64,000 nt of DNA from Paracoccaceae bacterium. GTDB lineage: Bacteria; Pseudomonadota; Alphaproteobacteria; Rhizobiales; Stappiaceae. Within the stretch, counting starts at the first letter, position 1. Every line of letters starts with the position of its first letter. The position numbers and the translations under genes were made by a program. The notes under the pieces are model-generated. The model saw only the letters and a list, made by a program, of their open reading frames with translations. It did not search any database and was not told the origin of the DNA. Below are positions 9,289 through 17,398 of this stretch, in pieces. The DNA lies in assembly GCA_002709505.1 (NCBI GenBank), contig PARB01000045.1, positions 21,502 through 85,501 on the forward strand, given 5' to 3'.

Positions 9289-10314
9289 TCATTCGACATA
9301 GCGTTTGATGGAAAGCTTTGCGGCTTCGAATTCCTCCAGCATGCCAGGCAGCAAGCGGTCGATACCGCCCTCCGAGGCATTCTCACCAACCAGTTTGTCC
9401 TGCGCCATAAAGAACAACACATCGTCTGCAACGATGAACCCGACCGTGTGAAAGCGCGTCAGGAGATCGAGCATGGTGGCCTGGGTGGCCGGCGTGAGGA
9501 TTTGCAGAATTTCGCGCGAGACGTCGGTTTCGCTTCCTGCCGACAGGCAGCGCCCGGAGATATGAAATCGCTCGTTGAACTGGATCGACTCGGTCTTGAT
9601 GTCGCGATCCAGGGGGCCCTTGTTCACGATGTTCTCGGGGCGGACGACGGCGCGGATACCCGTTTTCCGGTCGATCCGATAGGCTCCGAGCACTGAAAAA
9701 AACTGGCCGTATCCGCCCCTGCCACCGCGGGCGTCCCGCCGCATGCCACGCGTGCCGAGACCGGCTTCCATCTGCATGGCACCGACCGCGATCCACAAGG
9801 GCAGCCCGTCCTGCGCACTCTCGCCCCAGAATTCCCCATCGAGCCGCGCGCCCATGAAGGAGCCGGCCTGAACCTTCGTCAGTTCGGGAATATGCGCCTC
9901 GATCTTTCTCAGGCGCGGCGGCTTTACGCGTTGCGAGCGGCGCTCGTAATTTCCATCGGAGTCCCGCAACGGCATCCGTTCGATCTGCCATTCCAGGAAT
10001 TTTCCAGTGTAGGACCAGCCCTTGTCCTGCGCGATACGGACCCTGCGGTGGGTTCTGCGACCGTCGACGTTCTCCAGTGCATCCACCAGAAAGATCGCGC
10101 CGAAGGCAAAAGTGGTCACGGCAACCGGAACAAAGGGAAAGCTGCTGCCGACAAAACCCGCTGCCAACGTCCACATCAGAGCGAGCAGCGCGGCCGGCAG
10201 GGGGAGACGTTTCAGCCAGATCGGAAGCGCAATGCCCTTGCGGCTTCCGGAAATATCGGGCGTTTCGACGACGATCTCGCCGTCGAACGGATCCCAATGC
10301 CGGCGCGTGCTCAT
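9289..10314 (-). CDS. DUF3137-like membrane protein
   Basis: Two N-terminal TM helices; DIKTESIQFNERF...ILTP motif; ATGA-coupled to lemA. Confidence 0.6.
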   Translation of the reverse strand: MSTRRHWDPFDGEIVVETPDISGSRKGIALPIWLKRLPLPAALLALMWTLAAGFVGSSFPFVPVAVTTFAFGAIFLVDALENVDGRRTHRRVRIAQDKGWSYTGKFLEWQIERMPLRDSDGNYERRSQRVKPPRLRKIEAHIPELTKVQAGSFMGARLDGEFWGESAQDGLPLWIAVGAMQMEAGLGTRGMRRDARGGRGGYGQFFSVLGAYRIDRKTGIRAVVRPENIVNKGPLDRDIKTESIQFNERFHISGRCLSAGSETDVSREILQILTPATQATMLDLLTRFHTVGFIVADDVLFFMAQDKLVGENASEGGIDRLLPGMLEEFEAAKLSIKRYVE

Positions 10315-10886
10315 GGGCGGCTTCCCGGCAGATCTATCCGGGGCATTGTGCGTACCGCTTCGGCCTCCGCCGTGGCCAGGGCGAACGGTTTTGCATGCTC
10401 GAACCGCATGACGCGGGCGATCCAGTTGGACGGAATTGCATCGAGCTGGGTGTTGTAGCGCTCGACATTGGCGTTGTAGAGCCGCCTCGCCGCGCTGATC
10501 TGGTCTTCGGTTTCTTCCAACTGCTTTTGCAACGCGCGGACATTGCCCGTCGAACCGATCTCCGGCGTATCCTCGGAGTAGGCGACAAAGGCGCTTAGTG
10601 CGGCAGACAGTTCCGCCTCGGCCTCTTGAACGCTTGCGATGTCGCCGTTGCGCGCGCTCATGGCAGCCCGGCGTGCATCGAGAAGCCTGTCGAAGATCCG
10701 GTTTTCCTGCGCCATCGCGCCCCTGACGGAATCGACAAGGGCGGGGATGAGGTCGTGACGGCGCTTGAGCTGCACGTCGATCCCCGAATAGCCGGTCGTC
10801 ACCGCGTTCTTCGCCGCTGCCAGCCGGTTCTGCAGGTAGATGAATATGAGTATGCCCGCGGCAATGGTGAGGATAGTCGCGATCAT
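10311..10886 (-). CDS. lemA: LemA family protein
   Basis: N-terminal TM helix; IDVQLKRRHDLIP and ETEDQISAARRLYNANV..YN signatures. Confidence 0.93.
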   Translation of the reverse strand: MIATILTIAAGILIFIYLQNRLAAAKNAVTTGYSGIDVQLKRRHDLIPALVDSVRGAMAQENRIFDRLLDARRAAMSARNGDIASVQEAEAELSAALSAFVAYSEDTPEIGSTGNVRALQKQLEETEDQISAARRLYNANVERYNTQLDAIPSNWIARVMRFEHAKPFALATAEAEAVRTMPRIDLPGSRP

Positions 10887-10964
10887 GTCCGGTGCCGGTT
10901 GCCTCCTGAAACGCGGCGCGTCTTGCGCCGATTAATGACGTAACCGGGCACGGATATGACGGCG

Positions 10965-10980
10965 TCCCCCAAATGAGGGA
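10965..10980. promoter_or_regulatory. Palindromic operator, copy 2 (TCCCCCAAATGAGGGA)
   Basis: In the divergent lemA/symporter intergenic region; 14 of 16 positions identical to copy 1. Confidence 0.7.
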
Positions 10981-11070
10981 GGAGGCAAGGCCGTGGCAAG
11001 GATCGAGGCAAACAGGGGCTGCGCGAACAATAGCTGGCGATTGGGCGGCGACGAATGATACGTGTCACCG

Positions 11071-12405
11071 ATGCAATTGCCCGCTGACATTCTGGAACTC
11101 GGCCCCGTCGTCTTCGTGCTGCTCGCGCCACTTGTCTATGCGCTTGTGCGCGCGCGCAATGCGACACGTGCCGATTTCATTTTCAATTCGGGCCGCACCG
11201 GAACCCTCGCGACCGTTGCGGGGATCGTTTGCGGGAACATCGGCGCCGGCACCTTCGTCGCGCTCCTGCTCTTTTCGGATGCCAGCCCGATACTTGGCGT
11301 TTCGCTGGCCGCCGCATATGCGCTCGGTCTTGTTATATGCGCTGCGATCGCGCCAGCGGTTCACCGGCAGTCTCGCCGGTATGGCGTTCATGGGCTCGTC
11401 GACCTCATCGTGGCGGCCCATGGCGTGCGTCACCCATTGGCGATCTGGCTCCCGATCGCTTTCGTTTTTCTGCTGCGCACGGCGGTGCAACTTCTGGCGC
11501 TGGCGGCGATCCTGGCCGCGATCATGCCAGTCTCGAACCTGGCAGCGCTGGTTCTGGCGAGCGCGCTCACCGGGATCTACACCGCCATTGGCGGCTATCG
11601 CGTGGCGACGGAAACCGATATCTTTCAGGCCATTGTCATCCTCGCCGGGATTGGCGTGCTCACGGTCACGAATGCCGGCGGCATGCCGCACATCGAAAAC
11701 ATATTCGATCTCGGCCCCTATAAATTGCCGCTGCTTGTCGGCATCTGGTTGTTCATTCCCGTCAGCGCGGTCCTTGCCATCGACAATTGGCAACGAATGG
11801 CAACCGCCCGCGCGCCGGCAGTCGCGCGCAGGGGGTTCCTGCTCGCTGCTCCCCTTTGTCTGTTTTGCTACATGGGCATTGTCTGGCTGGGGCTCAAAGG
11901 CCATGCGGGCGAAGAGGTTCTCGCCGTATTGCGCGCGACCATGCCCGATCACTGGAGGTGGCTGGCCGATGTCATGCTGATTGCAGTGCTCATGTCGACC
12001 ATGGACACATTCGTCATGCCACTCGTCACCAGTCTGGAACGGACGCGCTATACATTGCGTCAGCTCCAGTTAATCGTTCTGACGCTGTTTGCCGTGCTTG
12101 CCATCGCCGCCTACACCATGGGGCCGCTGCTCAATTCGATCATTGCCGCATTCAGCTCGCTGGTGGTTTTCCTGCCTGCGGTCCTCGCCGCGCTGCTCTG
12201 GCGGCGGCTCAGCGCCGCCGCCGCAATCGTCTCGCTGAATCTCGGCGTGGCGGTCAGCCTGATCCTCGTCGGCGTCGATCTGAACTACGCCGCCTTCGGG
12301 GGCTTCGCGGCCGCATCGTTCACCTATGGCATTGCATGGATGCTTGCCTTGCGAAAAGACGCGCGGCCTCGTCGAAACGACGAGTTGCTGCGAAACGACC
12401 GATGA
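11071..12405 (+). CDS. Sodium:solute symporter (SSS) family permease
   Basis: Polytopic membrane protein; GNIGAGTF and GIYTAIGGYRVATETDIFQ motifs. Confidence 0.85.
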   Translation: MQLPADILELGPVVFVLLAPLVYALVRARNATRADFIFNSGRTGTLATVAGIVCGNIGAGTFVALLLFSDASPILGVSLAAAYALGLVICAAIAPAVHRQSRRYGVHGLVDLIVAAHGVRHPLAIWLPIAFVFLLRTAVQLLALAAILAAIMPVSNLAALVLASALTGIYTAIGGYRVATETDIFQAIVILAGIGVLTVTNAGGMPHIENIFDLGPYKLPLLVGIWLFIPVSAVLAIDNWQRMATARAPAVARRGFLLAAPLCLFCYMGIVWLGLKGHAGEEVLAVLRATMPDHWRWLADVMLIAVLMSTMDTFVMPLVTSLERTRYTLRQLQLIVLTLFAVLAIAAYTMGPLLNSIIAAFSSLVVFLPAVLAALLWRRLSAAAAIVSLNLGVAVSLILVGVDLNYAAFGGFAAASFTYGIAWMLALRKDARPRRNDELLRNDR

Positions 12406-12415
12406 CGCAAGCCGA

Positions 12416-12937
12416 TCACTCGGTCCCTTCGATTTCGGGAAGGTCCTGGCTCCGGTCCGTCTCGATCACGATCCCGGCGAACCCCTCGCCGTTGAGGTGA
12501 ATTTCCGGACAGGCCCTGGGCTCGTGCCTGGACTGATCGTACAGACACTCCTTGATCTCGTAGGCGATCTTCAAATCGGCACAAGGCGTTTGCGTGTTGA
12601 TCCCGGTGGTGCTGCGAAATTCCGACATGCCCTCATCGTTCCAGCCCCTGAAGACCCATTGCAGCGGCAAACCGGTCGACGTGTCATCGCGCGTATCGAT
12701 ATAGCGCTCTTCACCATAGAGGGCGTAGAAGCCCTGTGCCTGCTTGTTCACGGTGACGAAGGTTTCGGGTCTGCAGACGCCATTCTCGGTTTCCTCCGCC
12801 CGCACCACCACCTCCAATTCTCCCGGAGGGACGGTACTGGCAGGCTCCCGCTCGCTGAGAGCGACAGCAACGATGCCTGCGGCGAGCACCAGGCCGCCAA
12901 CAAATGAGGATGCGATCAGATACTTTCGAACCGGCAT
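12416..12937 (-). CDS. Exported or membrane-anchored hypothetical protein with 4 Cys
   Basis: Hydrophobic N-terminal segment; AGGAGA RBS upstream. Confidence 0.7.
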   Translation of the reverse strand: MPVRKYLIASSFVGGLVLAAGIVAVALSEREPASTVPPGELEVVVRAEETENGVCRPETFVTVNKQAQGFYALYGEERYIDTRDDTSTGLPLQWVFRGWNDEGMSEFRSTTGINTQTPCADLKIAYEIKECLYDQSRHEPRACPEIHLNGEGFAGIVIETDRSQDLPEIEGTE

Positions 12938-13142
12938 TGCCTTCTCCTAGCAAGCTGTTGCGGGACGGCAGCGGCCTTTGCTCGGCCCGTGACCGCGCGC
13001 ATTCGGCACGAGAAGAACGAAGCCGGAAAGTCCGACCGTTGCAGCCGGCGTCAATTGATTGAAACGTCTGCGCGTGAGCAATGCATATCTCCTGACAGGT
13101 GGGGGTCGGAAGCATTGCTGCATCGGAAGGCCGGCGGTCTCC

Positions 13143-13158
13143 CCTCCCAAATGGGAGA
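13143..13158 (-). promoter_or_regulatory. Palindromic operator, copy 3 (CCTCCCAAATGGGAGA)
   Basis: About 205 bp upstream of the 12937 start; same CCCA-WW-TGGG core. Confidence 0.6.
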
Positions 13159-13233
13159 GAAAGATCTCTTTTTTGAAGGCAGACGCTTTGGTGCTTCATC
13201 AGGTCGCCTAACCTGCCGCAGCCGGTGCCGTGC

Positions 13234-14163
13234 TCAGGTACCGCGCGCGTCGGCGAGGCCGAGACCGTCAATGATGTCGGTCACCAGCTCGAGCTCGGCC
13301 AACAGGTTGTAGGCACGTTCCTTCCCATCGCGAACTTCACGAAAAACGTTTCCGATCTCGAAACGCCGGGCCGCCGAGCCGAGACGTATGGTGATCAGCA
13401 ACCGATTGCCCACGAACGACATCGACACGCCCCGCCGGTTGTTGAGATGTTCGGTAAGTTCCACGATCCGTTCCATGAAGCGCGGAGTAAACAGCTGCCC
13501 CGCTTCAATCGGATTCGTGGAAAAGACCTCGAACCGATCTTCGAACCGGGAATCCTGCAGCCGGACGCGCTCGCCGTTCTGGCGAAATCGTTCCAGCGCG
13601 TTCCCGATCCAGTCGGTATCGGCAACGACAACTGTTTCGCCGTCGAAAGGCTTGTTGAAGCTGTAAGCCAGCATCAAGGCACGCCACTTGCTCTCCCTTT
13701 TCGAAAACCGGCCCTCGCACAGCTCGAAATCCACACCGCCGACACGCCCGTTGATGCGGTCTTCAAGCTTCGCGCTCTGATAAAACGGCAAGAGCGGCTC
13801 GAAGCGATCCAGAGGAAAGTCGAATTTTCCGAGCGCATATTCAAAGCCGAGATACGCGCAGACGCCCCCGTTCAGAACCTGCTTGTAGCGTTTGGCGAAC
13901 CCCAGATAGGCCAACCCCGCGCCCAACAAACCACAGAAGCCGACAGCAAAGGCAGCCAGCGCGATCGGACCATCGGATCGGCCCATCTGCGCCAGGAGCG
14001 CAACAGCGCCGAAGCCGGCTACGCCGAGTGCTCCAAGCCCCGCCACGAGCCACATCCGCGTCTTGCGTTGTGCTTCGAGACCGACGAGCGCCGGTTCGAT
14101 CTCGCGCGCGTAATAGCTGTCGAAATCCTGTTCGCGGGCATTGATCCCGCCGGGTGCAGTCAT
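13234..14163 (-). CDS. DUF3137 family membrane protein
   Basis: Two TM helices; EDRINGRVGGVDFELCE and RVRLQDSRFEDRFEVFSTNPIEAGQLFTPRFMERI motifs; GGGAGAGG RBS before ATG 14163. Confidence 0.8.
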   Translation of the reverse strand: MTAPGGINAREQDFDSYYAREIEPALVGLEAQRKTRMWLVAGLGALGVAGFGAVALLAQMGRSDGPIALAAFAVGFCGLLGAGLAYLGFAKRYKQVLNGGVCAYLGFEYALGKFDFPLDRFEPLLPFYQSAKLEDRINGRVGGVDFELCEGRFSKRESKWRALMLAYSFNKPFDGETVVVADTDWIGNALERFRQNGERVRLQDSRFEDRFEVFSTNPIEAGQLFTPRFMERIVELTEHLNNRRGVSMSFVGNRLLITIRLGSAARRFEIGNVFREVRDGKERAYNLLAELELVTDIIDGLGLADARGT

Positions 14164-14330
14164 GGCGCCTCTCCCGCGCGGCAAATCGGAGGAGAATGCG
14201 ACATTGCGCAATATGCGCTGGCGTCGACCGGACTGGCAGCTGGGAACCAGATCATGAAAACTCCCGGTCCTTCGAAAGGACAGTTGAACTCACTTCTGGT
14301 CAAGCTTGGTCCAGCCATGAGCCACACGCC

Positions 14331-14347
14331 TCTCCCATATTGGGGGG
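14331..14347 (-). promoter_or_regulatory. Palindromic operator, copy 4 (TCTCCCA-TAT-TGGGGGG, 3-bp spacer variant)
   Basis: About 167 bp upstream of ATG 14163; same half-sites with one extra central base. Confidence 0.45.
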
Positions 14348-14413
14348 GCATGTCGCCGATCCAGTTTCACACTGGAAGCAGACATCGCGAGATCATTTGC
14401 ATGGGAGAAAGTG

Positions 14414-14429
14414 TTGGTAGCGGAGGAGG
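14414..14429. repeat. att core direct repeat (ttggtagcggaggagg)
   Basis: Exact 16-bp match to 30508-30523 at the tRNA 3' end; 149 bp upstream of the integrase. Confidence 0.93.
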
Positions 14430-14552
14430 CCACCAAGTTACCGTCCGACGATGTTTTTCGATGCCCTTTTTTGTCTATGTAAATCAGACATTTATCTGAA
14501 TTCTATGTCCACATAGGTCTTGATGTGCCTACATGTTTCCTCCATATTTTAG

Positions 14553-14569
14553 GGGTAGAAAATGGGTAG
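14553..14569 (+). promoter_or_regulatory. Putative integrase arm-type sites GGGTAG-N5-GGGTAG
   Basis: Same motif and spacing at 30450-30466 inside the other end of the element. Confidence 0.75.
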
Positions 14570-14578
14570 GGATGGGTC

Positions 14579-15874
14579 ATGGCGAGTGGCATTCATCGGC
14601 TTTCAGATCGGCAGATCAAGGCATACAAGCAACGCGGGCGGCTATCGGACGGCGGCGGGCTTTACCTGCAAGTCAGCAAGTGGGGCACGAAGTCATGGGA
14701 ATTCCGGTTCACGCTTCACGGCAAGACCCGCACCATGGGGCTAGGCCAGTACGAACTTGTGCCGCTCAAGAAGGCAAGGGAAGAGGCCGAAGCGCTTCGT
14801 CAAATTGTGCGCGAAGGCAACGACCCTATAGAGGCACGCAATGCTGCGAAGCTGAAAGCGCAGCTAGAGGCCGCAACGTCCATTCTGTTCAAAGACGCCG
14901 TTGAAAAGTGCATCGCGCGAAAGGAAGGCGAATTCCGCAGCGATAGGCACCGTAAGAACTGGCGTCGCAGCATGGATGCGTATGCGGTGCCGGTCATTGG
15001 TGACATGAACGTTGCGAATGTCACGACGCAAGACATTCTGCGAGTGCTGAACCAGCCGGTTGACGATGGCACCCTGCGGGAAAACAGAACCGAAACCGCG
15101 TCGCGCCTTCGTGGCCGCATTGAAAACGTCCTGTCGTGGGCCACGGTCGCGGGCTTCCGTACCGGCGACAATCCGGCGCGATGGATGGGCAACCTAAAGG
15201 AACTTCTGCCGACGCCTTCCAAGGTGGCGAAGGTCACGAAGCAACCGGCACTTTCGCAAGCGGACCTCCCCAAGTGGTTTGCCGACCTACGCAAGCGCGA
15301 CGGCATCGCCGCGCGGGCGTTGGAATTCTTGACGTTGTGCGCGTCGCGTTCGGGCGAAATACGCGGCGCGACATGGCAGGAAATCGACCTAGACGCCCGC
15401 ATGTGGAAGATACCGGGCGCGCGGATGAAAATGGAACGCGACCACCGCGTGCCGCTGTCCGACGCCGCTGTTGCGGTGCTAGAGGCGCTTCCTCGCATTG
15501 AGGGGTCAGACTATGTGTTCCCTGCCGTCCGGGGTGGTTCCCTGTCCGATGCGGCCCTGTCAGCCGTCATGCGCCGGATGCACGCTGCCGAAGAGAAGGC
15601 GGGCCGGAAAGGGTGGCTAGACCCGGACAGCGGGCTTCCTGCCGTGCCCCACGGCTTGCGCTCGACCTTTCGCGTATGGACGGCAGAACGGGGCTACGAC
15701 CACCACATGTCGGAAATGGCCCTTGCCCACAACGTAGGCTCGACAGTCGAACGGGCGTATCAGCGTAGCGACATGGTAGAACGCCGTCGCGCCATGATGG
15801 CGGATTGGGCGGCGTATTGTCGTGGCGAGGCAACCGCCGATAACATCGTGCATCTTCGCGCGGAGGCTGTTTAA
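14579..15874 (+). CDS. int: P4-family tyrosine integrase
   Basis: Arm-binding domain (DGGGLYLQV...MGLGQY); catalytic R (RSGEIRG), K (MKM), HGLR, LAH and Y (AYQRS) all present. Confidence 0.96.
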   Translation: MASGIHRLSDRQIKAYKQRGRLSDGGGLYLQVSKWGTKSWEFRFTLHGKTRTMGLGQYELVPLKKAREEAEALRQIVREGNDPIEARNAAKLKAQLEAATSILFKDAVEKCIARKEGEFRSDRHRKNWRRSMDAYAVPVIGDMNVANVTTQDILRVLNQPVDDGTLRENRTETASRLRGRIENVLSWATVAGFRTGDNPARWMGNLKELLPTPSKVAKVTKQPALSQADLPKWFADLRKRDGIAARALEFLTLCASRSGEIRGATWQEIDLDARMWKIPGARMKMERDHRVPLSDAAVAVLEALPRIEGSDYVFPAVRGGSLSDAALSAVMRRMHAAEEKAGRKGWLDPDSGLPAVPHGLRSTFRVWTAERGYDHHMSEMALAHNVGSTVERAYQRSDMVERRRAMMADWAAYCRGEATADNIVHLRAEAV

Positions 15875-16302
15875 TGGAGAAAAATACGAAGTTGCCCTAT
15901 GGCTACGACGCAAATGCGCAGTACCCATATAATTGCCCCCAAAACGAAGTAGAAGCATGGGAACGGCTAGCCGAAATTCAGTTATCGCTTGATAAAGGCG
16001 AAGCTATCCCATCCGAACTGGCAAGTTGGCTTGGTAATGCAATTGCGTATTCAGGCCAAAACCCCGACGAACTATTGCGGCGTTTGGGCTTGAAGCGCGG
16101 ACGCGGCGCGACGAAGCGCAACCCGAATGCATGGCGCGTATACGGTCGCCGTGTGTGCGAACTTGAAGACGAAGGAATGAAGGCCGAAGAAGCCCTTGCG
16201 CAAGTCTTATCCGAGACAGACGACATGTTCAGCCGGTCGCAGCTTCAAAACCTTCGTGACGAATACCGCGCAACGCGCGATGCTGCACTGAACCCCGAAT
16301 AA
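15874..16302 (+). CDS. Hypothetical protein, possibly DNA-binding
   Basis: TAATG overlap with int; basic LGLKRGRG motif followed by helices. Confidence 0.65.
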   Translation: MEKNTKLPYGYDANAQYPYNCPQNEVEAWERLAEIQLSLDKGEAIPSELASWLGNAIAYSGQNPDELLRRLGLKRGRGATKRNPNAWRVYGRRVCELEDEGMKAEEALAQVLSETDDMFSRSQLQNLRDEYRATRDAALNPE

Positions 16303-16895
16303 TGCCAACGATGAACGATGACGAAGTGAACCGCTCGATTATTGACCGGGACAATCTGCCCGCGAATTTTCCTACCCACAGGCATTCGCCGGAATTTTGG
16401 GAACAGCTTGGCCGCACCGTGGCGACCTTCGGATTTCTGGAAGAAGTCTTAGGCAAAGCAATCTTCGCGTTCACGGCAACGCGGAATTATTCCGCCGAAG
16501 AAATCGACGCGGCCTATCGGGAATGGCTACCGCAGCTTGAACGCGCGTTGACCGATCAGCTTTGGAACTTGGCCGAATGCTACGGAAAGGCCGCACGCGA
16601 CAATCCTGCGACAACGACGACGAACATAGACGAATTGGTTGAAGACATTAAGAAAGCGACCGTCATTCGCAATGTGCTTTGCCATGGGTCGTGGCGAACG
16701 CCGGATGCAAACGGCGCGTCCGTGCCGCTATTCATCAACCGGCAAAAGCAAAAATTCGATACGGCAATAGACCTCGCGTATTTGAAGCAAGTGCAAGCGT
16801 ACGTAGCGGAACTGGCGTGCAGCGTCGTAGACACCGTAACGCACATGGGTTGGCAGTTTCCCGGCGGGGCGGGCTCGGGAAAACCGATCATTTAG
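16302..16895 (+). CDS. HEPN-like protein
   Basis: TAATG overlap; LGRTVATFGFLE helix and RNVLCH (R-x4-H) motif. Confidence 0.6.
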   Translation: MPTMNDDEVNRSIIDRDNLPANFPTHRHSPEFWEQLGRTVATFGFLEEVLGKAIFAFTATRNYSAEEIDAAYREWLPQLERALTDQLWNLAECYGKAARDNPATTTTNIDELVEDIKKATVIRNVLCHGSWRTPDANGASVPLFINRQKQKFDTAIDLAYLKQVQAYVAELACSVVDTVTHMGWQFPGGAGSGKPII

Positions 16896-16998
16896 CAAGG
16901 TTCAACGCGTCTGCCACCAATTCCCCCGGTTCGGTGGCAGCTTGCGTAAGGGAACCTTGGCAAACCTTGGACTTATCAGTGACCAAGGAGCCAACCCA

Positions 16999-17274
16999 AT
17001 GAACACCCAAGCCAACACCCCCGCGCCGCCCGCCGCCTGCACCCTCATGCGTCCCGCCGACGTGTCCCGGATTACCGGCATGAAACGCAGCACGCTTTAC
17101 AACCATATCGACAAGGGCACGTTCCCCCGCCCCGTAAAGTTGGGCGAGCGTTTCGCCGTGTGGCCGTCCGACGAAGTGCAGGCAATCTTGAACGCCCGCA
17201 TTGCCGGAAAGGGTGACGACGAAATCCGCGTGCTTGTCGGCGAACTCATGGAAGCGCGAAAGCATCGCGCGTAG
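16999..17274 (+). CDS. alpA: AlpA family regulator/excisionase
   Basis: AAGGAG RBS; LMRPADVSRITGMKRSTLYNHIDKGTFPRPVKLGERFAVWPSDEV. Confidence 0.93.
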   Translation: MNTQANTPAPPAACTLMRPADVSRITGMKRSTLYNHIDKGTFPRPVKLGERFAVWPSDEVQAILNARIAGKGDDEIRVLVGELMEARKHRA

Positions 17275-17398
17275 CCGTACGGTAGAGAATGTCTCTACCG
17301 CGCTGTTCATTCAACTCACTTGAATTCCATCAAAAATATCTGGGATCGTGCAAATCAGAGCACTCTACCCACGTACTACCCACAGGCGCGCTGCGAAA

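Larger units (their letters stand above)
1526..14413. mobile_element. Older tRNA-targeted genomic island with no recognisable integrase
   Basis: Bounded by the degenerate tRNA half at 1526 and the 16-bp tRNA-end copy at 14414; accessory gene content. Confidence 0.72.
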
